Shown here: positions 19,353 through 30,100 of the stretch, in pieces | Layout of the letters: every line of letters begins with the position of its first letter | Position numbering within the stretch: position 1 is the first letter of the stretch | Origin: a virus | Lineage: Duplodnaviria > Caudoviricetes | Direction: 5' to 3' (one strand) | Virus record (IMG/VR): IMGVR_UViG_2871105481_000001 | Coordinates: 1-64,000 of that record | Length of the DNA stretch: 64,000 bases | Notes under the pieces: model-generated | Told to the model about the DNA's origin: nothing | The model's input: the letters and a program-made list of their open reading frames with translations, nothing else | The model's database searches: none | Program-made: the position numbers and the translations under genes

Positions 19353-21573
19353 ATCATATAGAAAAAGTATACATCGTATTGTCCATAACTATATTCCTGA
19401 TGAAGTTATAAAAAAAAGGAATAAAGAAAAGTCATGGGATTATGGCTACCATTCTATTGAAGATATGGTTGTCATTTCTAAAGATGGAACTATAGGACAT
19501 GTTATTGAAATCAATGATTTATTAATTGCATTACCATCTCAAGTTAATAATATTAGAAATGAACTTGTTAAATCACAAAACCAAAAATGGGAACGATATG
19601 AAGTACCAACTGATTTAAAAGATTTTGATACTTTATATAATGAAGATAGTGCATCTTATGAACAAGCTTTAGAAGATATTTACAATATCCATGAAGATTT
19701 TATAATTAATGATTACAAACGAATTAGTGATGGTGATTGGGTTTATATAGATGGTGAAGCTGTATACATACCAGGAGGTTATTACTTCTTCTTACAACAC
19801 TATTTGTTGGTATCAGAAAAATATCCAGATTATAGGGAACCTCAAAGAGATTATTTTATATGGTTAGAAGCTTGTTATGCAGATAATAGATGTCTAGGAA
19901 GTCTTTTTCTTAAATCAAGACGTTTTTCTTTTTCAACATCTGCTGGTAGTGAATTACTAAGAGATGCTATAATTACTGTAAACGGTTTTTATCCAATTGT
20001 ATCAAAAAAGGATGATGATGCAAATACTTTATTTTCTCAACATATTGTAAGACCATTAATAAAACTCCCAAAACATTTACAACCTAAGAGAAGTGGAGAG
20101 GCTAATCCTAAGAAGGAATTATACTTTGGTACCGTTCAAAGGAAAATGACTGTTAATAATAAAGGAGTTAATAGTGATACTGGTCTTAATACAAAGATTA
20201 AACCTTATGCTACTACAGTCGATGCTTATGATGGTACACAGGTTACCAAATCTATCAATGATGAAATAGGTAAAATGAAGGGGAATCTTGATATTAATGA
20301 ATATTGGGATCAAGCTCATAAAATGTGCCATATTATTGGTAGTAGAGTTGTTGGAAAAGCAATATGTGGTTCAACAGCTAACCCACCTAATAAAGGTGGA
20401 AAGAACTATGAAATATTCTATAACAATTCTAAATTATCAACTAGAGATAAAACCGGAAAAACTTTAACTGGTCTTTATGCAATATTTATTGCTGCTGATT
20501 ATTCTTTAATGGGATTCTTTGACGAATATGGTTATGTTATATATAATGACCCAAAGGAACCAATAAAAAATGAATTAGGTGAAATAGTAGCAATTGGATC
20601 AAAAACATACTTAGACGCACAAGAAAACTCATGTGGCGATGATATACAAAAACTAAATTCACAAAAACGTAATAACCCAAGAGTTGATACTGATGCTTTT
20701 CTGGATGAAGATGCTTCTTCTATGTATGGAACTCCAGGTGTTATAGATAGAATTCATGTCATAAGAGACTTTAAGAAAACAGAAGCTTATAAAGAACAGT
20801 ACTTCAACTTTAATCTAGTTTGGAGAAATGGTATTAAAGATACAGAAGTTGATATTGTTAGATGCGATGAAGGGAGATTTACAGCGTGTTGGCTTCCTCC
20901 AGTTAGTGAACGCAACAAGTTTAAATTAGTAAATGGTAGAAAAGAACCTATCAATAGTCATTATGGTTCATGGTCTTGTGACCCTTATCAAGTTTCAAAG
21001 GTTGTTTTTGGTAAAGGATCAAAACAGGCTTTGGGGTTATTAACTAAAGAAGGAAATGAAGGTGTTCCAGAAAACACATTAGCTGTTTATTATAACTACC
21101 GTCCAGAAAGTGTTGATACTGCTGAAGAAGATGTGATAAAAGCAATTGTATTTTTCAGTATTCCAATTCTAGTAGAAATAAATAAAGATTCTTTAGTAAA
21201 GAAATTATATGACAGAGGATATAGAGGTTATTCTCTAGAAAATCCATTAAAGAAAAGAAGTGAGTTATCAGATACTGAAAAAAAATATGGAGGTATTCAT
21301 GCAGTTGAAAAGAATATAAAAGAAATGGAAACTTTTCTTGAAACATATTTAGTCAATAATCTTACTATTGATATAGATGAAAAGGATCTTAAAATTGGAA
21401 TATTAGAGGTTCTTGAAAGCCTTACAACTTATTCTACTGATACTCGTAAAAAACATGATATAGTTGCCATGCTTCAAATGGCTGTAATAGCTAACTCTAA
21501 GGTTAATAAAAAGAAGGAAATACCTAAGCAAACTCAACATGAAGACATCTATGGTTATTTTAAAGTAGGTTAA
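19336..21573 (+). CDS. terL: terminase large subunit (crAss-like)
   Basis: Walker A-like 'LKSRRFSFST', Walker B 'INDEIGK', 'GSTAN', RNase H 'CDPY', C-terminal 'KHDIV'. Confidence 0.9.
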   Translation: MQKLDKSYRKSIHRIVHNYIPDEVIKKRNKEKSWDYGYHSIEDMVVISKDGTIGHVIEINDLLIALPSQVNNIRNELVKSQNQKWERYEVPTDLKDFDTLYNEDSASYEQALEDIYNIHEDFIINDYKRISDGDWVYIDGEAVYIPGGYYFFLQHYLLVSEKYPDYREPQRDYFIWLEACYADNRCLGSLFLKSRRFSFSTSAGSELLRDAIITVNGFYPIVSKKDDDANTLFSQHIVRPLIKLPKHLQPKRSGEANPKKELYFGTVQRKMTVNNKGVNSDTGLNTKIKPYATTVDAYDGTQVTKSINDEIGKMKGNLDINEYWDQAHKMCHIIGSRVVGKAICGSTANPPNKGGKNYEIFYNNSKLSTRDKTGKTLTGLYAIFIAADYSLMGFFDEYGYVIYNDPKEPIKNELGEIVAIGSKTYLDAQENSCGDDIQKLNSQKRNNPRVDTDAFLDEDASSMYGTPGVIDRIHVIRDFKKTEAYKEQYFNFNLVWRNGIKDTEVDIVRCDEGRFTACWLPPVSERNKFKLVNGRKEPINSHYGSWSCDPYQVSKVVFGKGSKQALGLLTKEGNEGVPENTLAVYYNYRPESVDTAEEDVIKAIVFFSIPILVEINKDSLVKKLYDRGYRGYSLENPLKKRSELSDTEKKYGGIHAVEKNIKEMETFLETYLVNNLTIDIDEKDLKIGILEVLESLTTYSTDTRKKHDIVAMLQMAVIANSKVNKKKEIPKQTQHEDIYGYFKVG

Positions 21574-21578
21574 AAGTC

Positions 21579-23921
21579 ATGAATAATACACAACATTCAT
21601 TTATAAATAATTTCCCACCAGAATTTGTTCCTAATTCTGAGAAAAAAACTATTGAATATGGGAAGAAATATGCTATGGCTATGTGGCAAGAATGGACAGC
21701 TACTTATAGCTCTAGAGCTTTAAAATTTGAAAAACTTCGTAAATATGCCAATGGTAAACAGGATTTAGAAGATTGTAAGAAGAGATTATATTCAATGGAT
21801 TTTGTTAATCAAGATATGTTAAATGTTGATTTTAACAAAAGAATTCCAATACTTCCACGACAGCTTAGAAAAGCATATAATGGAATTAATATGGATGAAT
21901 TTTCTATTAATGTATTTGCACTTGATCCAACGGCTTTAGAAGAAAAGCAAAATAGAAAAAAAGAAAAAGAAAAATTATTAAACGCTAAAGATTTCATTAA
22001 TGATCTAACTCAATTAACTGGGCAAGAAATTGTTCCACAAGAAGCTATTCCGCAAAGCCAAGAGCAGATAGATCTTGAAGAAGAAACAGCAGAACCATTG
22101 AAGATAGAACGTTCTGAACAATTAGGTATAAAAGCTGTTTTAATGGATAATAACTTCAGTAATATTCAAGAGCAGTTAAAGAAAGATTTATTAATTGTTG
22201 ACCTAGGTATTGTTTCTGTATGCACAGATAAAAATTCAGGCATTAAAATTAATTATGAAAAACCAGAATCATATATTTATGAACCTGGATGCTTAGCTGA
22301 TTTATCAAAATCAAATTATCATGGAGTTAGGAAGAGTATTACTGTTAGGGAATTAAGAAGAATAGCAATTAATAATGGAATAGAATTAGATGATGATATA
22401 GTTAACAAAATATGTAGAACCGATAAAATTCATGATGACAGGTATGTAGATGTTTTATTCTTTTCATTTAAAACTTCACATAATGATATTTTCAAGAAAA
22501 AGATAAACCGTAAAACCAGAAAGGTTTCATTTATTGAAAGAGAAAATTATGATCCTAAACAACCTTCTGATATATCACAGAAAATTACTCAAAGTTACGA
22601 TGTTTGGTATGAAGGTGTAGTTACATTAGATTCTACATATACAGTAATAAAATATAACTTAATTGAAAATTTACCAGAATATAAAGGCGAAATACTACCA
22701 CCATTTATTGGATGTTCTCCTAGATTAGGAAATTCAATTATTGAAGAATGTATCGGTTTTATAGATGAAATACAAGCATTAGATTTTAAACGTCAGCACC
22801 TGGAATATGAATTAAGGGGCAATATTACAGAAATCGATTCAGACACAATTGCAGATATATCGCTTGGTGAACAGGCATTAAAACCAAAAGAAGTATTAGC
22901 ATTATATTTTACCCGGGGACTTTCTTTTAGAAAAACTAGAGATAAAGATGGTGAAGATTTAAATTATAGTACAACTGCAATTAGAGAACAACCATCAGCA
23001 ATACCATACGCATTAAGAGAAACTGTAGATCAGCTAACTCTACAAATAAATTTCTTAAAAGAACAGTTTGGGTTTGCAACAAATGATGAAACAAAACCAG
23101 CAGACCAAACATTACTAGATGGTGAACCTTATCGTTTATCTGATAATTTATCAATGAAAGATATTGTAGACGCAAACTTTAAATTAAGTCTAGATGTTTG
23201 TAGAACTGTAAGTGCAAGATTAAATGATATATTTAAATACTCTGATATTAAAAATAAGTATATCAATATGATTGGAAGTGATGATATTGATACTATTGAG
23301 AAATATAAAAAGAATAGATCTTCTCATTACTTTGGTTTAGATATGGATTATATACCTACTAGGAAAGAAAGAATGCAGTTAATTACTGATTTGAATTTCT
23401 ATGTACAACAGGGTATGTTAGATCCTATTGACGCACAGGAATTACGTTGGACTAAAGATATAAAACTAGCTTATAAAATTGCTAGACTTCGTATTAATGA
23501 AAGACAGAAAAAGGCTCAACAGTTCGAAATGGATAAGCAATCTCAAGCAACAAATGGCAATGTTGAAGCTTCTAGGATTTCTAATGAGGAGAATCGCAAA
23601 ACTTTACAACTTGAACATGATTTAGCACTTGTAAGAGATCGATTAAAATTTGAAGACCAAGCTAAACTTACAGAGATTGATGGTAATTATAAACTAGAAA
23701 TTGCAAATGTTGGAGCCGAAAACAAAATAAACCTAGATAAATTCAGAAAACAAATTGAAGTAAATCTAACTGAATATAAAAAAGATAGAGATGCCGAATT
23801 AAATAAATATAAACAAGATACTTCCTTTAAGAACCAAGCTGATTTAATAAAACTAAGACGTGGAGAAATTCAAGATATAGGAAATAATCAGTTCCAAGAA
23901 GTAAACCTAAATAAAAATTAA
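21579..23921 (+). CDS. portal protein (crAss-like, ~780 aa)
   Basis: Follows terL; 'KLRKYANGKQD', long helical body, coiled-coil C-terminus. Confidence 0.8.
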   Translation: MNNTQHSFINNFPPEFVPNSEKKTIEYGKKYAMAMWQEWTATYSSRALKFEKLRKYANGKQDLEDCKKRLYSMDFVNQDMLNVDFNKRIPILPRQLRKAYNGINMDEFSINVFALDPTALEEKQNRKKEKEKLLNAKDFINDLTQLTGQEIVPQEAIPQSQEQIDLEEETAEPLKIERSEQLGIKAVLMDNNFSNIQEQLKKDLLIVDLGIVSVCTDKNSGIKINYEKPESYIYEPGCLADLSKSNYHGVRKSITVRELRRIAINNGIELDDDIVNKICRTDKIHDDRYVDVLFFSFKTSHNDIFKKKINRKTRKVSFIERENYDPKQPSDISQKITQSYDVWYEGVVTLDSTYTVIKYNLIENLPEYKGEILPPFIGCSPRLGNSIIEECIGFIDEIQALDFKRQHLEYELRGNITEIDSDTIADISLGEQALKPKEVLALYFTRGLSFRKTRDKDGEDLNYSTTAIREQPSAIPYALRETVDQLTLQINFLKEQFGFATNDETKPADQTLLDGEPYRLSDNLSMKDIVDANFKLSLDVCRTVSARLNDIFKYSDIKNKYINMIGSDDIDTIEKYKKNRSSHYFGLDMDYIPTRKERMQLITDLNFYVQQGMLDPIDAQELRWTKDIKLAYKIARLRINERQKKAQQFEMDKQSQATNGNVEASRISNEENRKTLQLEHDLALVRDRLKFEDQAKLTEIDGNYKLEIANVGAENKINLDKFRKQIEVNLTEYKKDRDAELNKYKQDTSFKNQADLIKLRRGEIQDIGNNQFQEVNLNKN

Positions 23922-23932
23922 AAAACATTACC

Positions 23933-24049
23933 ATGAAAAAAGTATTAAATCTAAAAGTATTAAGAGATATTCCTAAAAATATTAAAATGGAGATCCAACA
24001 AACTGTTCGAAATAAAGTTAAAAGTTGTAAAACATGTAATAAAAGATGA
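23933..24049 (+). CDS. hypothetical 38-aa basic protein with CxxC
   Basis: ATG 23933 to TGA 24049 (...KVKSCKTCNKR). Confidence 0.4.
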   Translation: MKKVLNLKVLRDIPKNIKMEIQQTVRNKVKSCKTCNKR

Positions 24050-24146
24050 TAACTAAAATTCAATTTTTATTGAATATTTAGGTTTATGGGGGTGTGGGCA
24101 GAAATGTCTGCACTTTTTTGTCAGATAAATATTAACTAATTCAGAT

Positions 24147-24185
24147 AAAAATAGGCATCTATTATGTAGTATAGATGCCTATTTT
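24147..24185. terminator. bidirectional terminator between the portal block and the giant gene
   Basis: Perfect 12-bp stem ATAGGCATCTAT / ATAGATGCCTAT flanked by A and T runs. Confidence 0.85.
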
Positions 24186-24186
24186 A

Positions 24187-27100
24187 CTACTTTTTATTCT
24201 GCTTTATAACATTTTCGTACTCAGAAAATACTGCTTTTGATAATATCTTTTGAGATTGTAGTTGTTCAAAAAATCTTCTTTTTTCTGTTGATGACATACC
24301 TTCTGAGTATGTATAAATAAGCAATGCTTTATTCTTAACATTATTATTTGTTCCATATTTCACATCAAATACCATAGATGAAATACCATCTTTTTTGACA
24401 AGTGATTTAATTCGGTTAACTAAATCTTTTTGTATAACTGGATCTTTAGAATATCCTTCTATATCTGCAATTAAAGATTTTTCGTTTTTCAACAATTCAT
24501 TTACTGAACCATATTTACTTAATATCTGTTTAGCTTTATTACGAGTTTCACCATATTCATCAGTATTTTTATCTAACTGTTCTTGAACCAATGCTTTTTT
24601 ATTTAGTTGTCTATTAAAATCTGAAGTTTCACTTAAGATCCTTTTTATAAATGAATCATAAATTACTCCTGCCCTTTTCTTAGCATCTACATCTGTTACT
24701 ATAGCATCTGCTCCACCATACATTATACCAACAAATGGATTGGTCTGGGGGGATGTTATGATACTTTCAACTAATGCTTTCAATCTTACTGGTGAATCAT
24801 CTAATGCTTTTCCTAATTCCTTATAGAACTCTTCTACATTTGCTTTATCAGCACCTTCATATTTCCGGCTAACCTTACCAATATCAAAAGATAATGGTTG
24901 TTCTCTAAATGTATCATACCCAGTGTAATATTGTGTTAAACCTTTACTTGCAGGATTACTACCAATTAATTTAAATGCAGCATCAAAGTAACTTTGTGAT
25001 TTACTAGGATCTTCTAATGCTGATGCTAAATGTGTTGGATCAATATTATCACCTAATGCTTTTGTAAAATTCTTCCAGGTATTTTTTATACTTCCTCTTT
25101 TAGTCATCCCAACTGAACTACGGATATGATCTTCATAAGCCCCTTCAAATAGAATTGATATTGGTGTTAATTGTTGGGCTTTTGCAATTCTTAAAACTTT
25201 CCATTGTTTTTCTTCTTTATCCCATCCTACAGGAATATTCCAATAATTCATTTTTTGAGAAGGAGAAATTCCATCAAGGAAATCTGCATATGATTTATTT
25301 ACAGGTTCATCTTCTTTTTCTGGAGGTCTAATTAATCCCATAATGAAATTAATCATTAAATGCATTCCTAATACAGGTAATCCAGCTGCTTGGATTATTC
25401 TCACTGAGGTATCAAGTGGATTTCTTTTTATAGCCTCCACCATTACTCTTGTACCTTGCGTTGCAGCGTTTAGATATGGAATAACAGCTTCAGCAGATTT
25501 TGTAAATGTTCCACCCTGGTTGAAATCTAATAACCCTCTTGATGAGGCAACAGCTTCATAATACATATTATTTTTGTCTTCATTAGATAATTCTTCAACA
25601 GATTTGTAAGATGTATTATTTAGCTTATTATATACTTTCAGTTGGTTTTGAAGTGATCTATCAAATACTGCAACTCTAAACATTGTTTCACTATAATTTG
25701 ATAAAGACTTTAATCTTGCGAAATTGAATAAAGTACTTAATGTTTTTTTAGATTTTGGATCAATTCTACTATCAAAATAATTCCCAATAGTTTTATTAAG
25801 AGATGTTAAATCTTTAATTTCACCTTGTTGATTAAGCCACTCCATTCCTCCACCATACTCTAAATATTTAGTTAATAAAGTTGTTTTATTACTATTACGA
25901 TGTTTATAAATCTCACCAATAGCTTTTATTGAATCTTTAGTTAACTGTGCTCCTGCCCTCAATAAAAAACTATTATATTCAGGCGAGAATAATAATGCAT
26001 GAACAAAGTCTCGTGGTGTATTTGTAAATACAAAACCTGGGTTGTTTCCAGTTGCAAATGCTTTAACAAGTCTACTTCCAGACCATGTAGAAATAGTCTT
26101 AGCTAAATCTGAATTAACTAACTTGTCCATAGTGTCATGCCACATTTTATGAAATTCTTCTTTCATGAATACCTGTTGACGAACACCATTCTCATAATAG
26201 TAAGCAATTTTATAACCTTCTGGTGTTGTAGATTCATACTTAGGCTTACCACTTTCAGTAAATCCAATTATTCTATTTTCTTTAATATTACTTTGTAATT
26301 GTTTGAAATATTTATAGAACTTCTTATCACTCTCTGCAATATTATCCGAATTAATAGATTCATACTTTGCTTTAGCGTCTGGGTAATACTTAGTAAAGAA
26401 TGTTCTATTTATTTCATTCATCCCAATAGCCTTATATCTACTGGCTAATGTTGATTGAATTAACCATTTAGAATCCATTAACATATCAGATGCATCTCCT
26501 TCTGATAAACCTATAATTTGCTCTTTAGATAAATTTCCATTTTCATTTCTAAACATGGTTCTATCTGATGACATTAATTCTCCATCAGCATCTAATATAT
26601 AACGTAGGAATTTTCTTGGTTGGTAGTCTACATCTTTTAATTCTTTATATACTTCATTACTTATAAGCCCACTTTCTTGCATATCAGATAAGATGGTTTT
26701 AAAAGCATCAAAATAAGCATCAGCCCTTTTATTAAGTTTTGTAAACGCATCTTCTCCAATTTCAGATTTATATGCATCCAATGCTTTCTGTGCTGTACTT
26801 GCATCTTGGTATCCTGGATGATCTATAACTGGTAATCCCTTTTCTTCACGATTTTTATCAATTGCAAGAAATCTTTTTGCAGCTATTATTTTATCTAGTA
26901 ATTCTAATTCTGATCTGTTAAGTCCATCATATACACTTTTTTGAACTTTATCAAATTTTTCTTTGGCAATTGTAGAAGATCCTGCATAAGCAATCATTCT
27001 ATTTGAAACTGCTTTTGCACCAATGTTTTCTAAAATTCTCTTTGGTATAAATTGTCTATCAACACCAGATACTATTCCACGTTCTACTTTATTTTTCAAC

Positions 27101-30100
27101 CAGGCTCTAAACTTTTGATTAAATGACATAACGTTACCATTTTCATCTTTAAACCTTTTAGTTAAAACTTCTTTCGAAGATTTATAAGAATCATCTAGTT
27201 TTTTTCTTGCTTCTTCAGGCGAAATAGTTTTATTAACTAATCTATTATAAGCTGACTCTACCATTCTTTGTTCATCAATAGAATTAAAAGAATCTTTAAT
27301 TTCCTGTAATGATTTACCAGAATTAAATTGTTGTTCAACAGTTTGGCTTACTTCATTATATTTATCAGTCGTTCTCTCTATTTGAGTTTTATTTCGTTCT
27401 TCTGCTTTCGTATTAATTTTATTAAATAATTCTGTAAACTTGTTGAAGTTTGAAATTGAATTACGGGTGCTTAGAATTCCAGTTGCAGCTTTTAGTAAAC
27501 GCGAAACTTCAGTTGGAGTTATCTTCCCACTAATCATATTTTGATTAAGGAAAATTACAGTGTTATCATATGCTTCTTTTGCTTGCCTTTTTCTTTCTGC
27601 GACCTTTTCTCTATATGATTTATTAGATTTCCTTAATTCTTCAATTTTATTTTTATAATTCTCATGTATCTTCTCAATTTTATTGAAGGCAATTTCTTTT
27701 TCTTTTTTAGAAGTTTGTTCTTTTACTTTTTCAACAGCAGTTTTTTTCTTATTAATCTGATCTTCACGATGAAGAATAACTTGCTCTTGCATAAGTTTTG
27801 TTATTCCTTCACTGTCAATTAAAGCTTTCTGTTTATCAGATAAACTTTTATAAAATGCAGACTCTTTAAATTTAGCTAACCCAGCCTCAATACCATTTGT
27901 TTCAGTTTCATTTAATACTTCTTGAATAGTTGATACTGGCATAAGTTTTTTAATCATAAATCTTACACCAGAATATGCTTGAAGATTAATTGAACCATCA
28001 GCTTCCTTTAATCTATTTATATGTTCATCAATAGACTTCTGTAATTGAAACTCTTGTTTTAATTCTGTGTTGTTTTTAAAACCAAACAATCCTTTTATAT
28101 ATTCTACAATTCTTGTTAATAAAGGTTTTGGTTCAGGATTATTCAAATAGTCTAAATAATTATCAACTTCTGATTTAAAGTTGTCATTGGCAATATATTC
28201 AGCTATGAATTCATAATTATTAGAATAGCCATAAGCATTTGTTTTATTCGGATTCTTTAATGCTTCTTCGTAAGCTGAACGTGCTTCATTTCTAAATGTA
28301 AGTTCTTGTTCATTTAATTGTGAAGAGTCTATATTATCAGCTAGGTAGTATGAAGTGAAAACATGTGCTAATTCATGTTGTACTAATTTTGTTTTAAGAA
28401 AATTATTTAAATCTGTAGCTCCTTCTTTGATATAAATTGAATTTCCTTTCGCCTCACCTATTGCATCATTAAAAACTTGGGTAACAATGCCATCTAAAAG
28501 CTCTTGTCTTAAATATGATTCTTGATAAGTACCATTATCTATTAGAACTTGATAATCCTTCAATAAGCCATCAACATATGAGTTTATTTCTTTTTCTGAT
28601 TTATTGAATAAATTTTCATTTATAACATAAATTTTAGTATCAAATTTTCTTGCAAGATTCGCTATATCGTCTGAAATATTATATCCTTTTGCAATTAATT
28701 CATCTATACTAGTAGTATTATCTCCAAAGAAATTTGATAATTCAACATCATCTTTTATCTTTAGCTTATTTGTATTATCTGTCCTAATAGAGAAATTAAC
28801 ATTATTTATACTAGGATTTTTAAATCCATTAATTAGGTCTATAGTTTCTTTTAAGAATTTAACATTGTTTGAATTTATATCTTCAGTTAATAATTTGATA
28901 GAATCTGTATTTTTATCATATCTAATTTTAACAATAGAATCACCAATATTTATATTATCTCTTAGTACTTCAATTATTCCCTGCTTATTTATATATTTAA
29001 TACCATCATAATTATTTAGTAATCTCGCTCTTAATCTATTAATATTATTTAATGCAAATCCTGTTTTTATTGTATTTATTTTATCAGATGAGTTCTCTTC
29101 ATTTAATGAAAGTATTAAAGCAATATTTTTATTATTAGAATTCTTTAAAGCAGTTAAAAATTCTAACCTATCCTTAGTTTTTTTACCGTCTTCATAATTA
29201 TCAAAAACGGCAACTGGATCTTGAATATTATCTACTATATTTCTTAAATTCTGAATATCTGAAATTTCATGTTTACTTTGTTTAATGATTTTATTAAATA
29301 AATATGATAAATTAACATTCATTTCATTATCAGAAACCCCTATTGATTTAAGTAAAGTACTTGGTCGCCCTAAATCAATTGTATAATTCTCATCATTAAA
29401 TCTGCTTTCTTTTACAATTCTAATTGTATTTTCATTAGTTAGTTCTCCATTTTTTAACTTCTCCTTATTTTTAAGGAATGTACTGTATTCTTTAATATGT
29501 CTTTTAGTAGATTCTGCAATATTATTAAGCTCATTACTCCCTAAACTATAATTAATATTAGATGATTTTGAATTTTCAGAACTTAATATTTTTTCATTCA
29601 TTAAGTCACCTAAAACTTTATTTGTAAAGTTATTTAAAGATATATTTGGATTTAAATTACCAATACCTAATACATCACCTATCTTATTGAAAAAGGCTCT
29701 AAACCACTGTACAAATTCAGCCATTTTCCCCCTAGCCTGACGTTCTTGAAATTGCCATTCTCCATAGTTACCTATATGAGTATTTAATGCTTCATTCCAT
29801 AATTCGTTATCAGATAAATTATTATAATTACCTTCATATTTTAATCTATTGAATATTTCTTTTCCGGTTTTAGTCTGTTTTAATAGTTCAACTCCATTTT
29901 TAAATCTACTTGGCATTAACTGTTCCCATAAATGGGAAAACTCATGTATTGGAGTATTAGCATTTAGATATTCAGGGTTAATATAAATAGTACCATCTGG
30001 TAACTTTGCTCCATAAATAGTACCATTATTTTGCATGAATTTTATATCATTATCACTTACAACTACATTGTTTGAACTTAGTTCATCTAAATTATTAATA

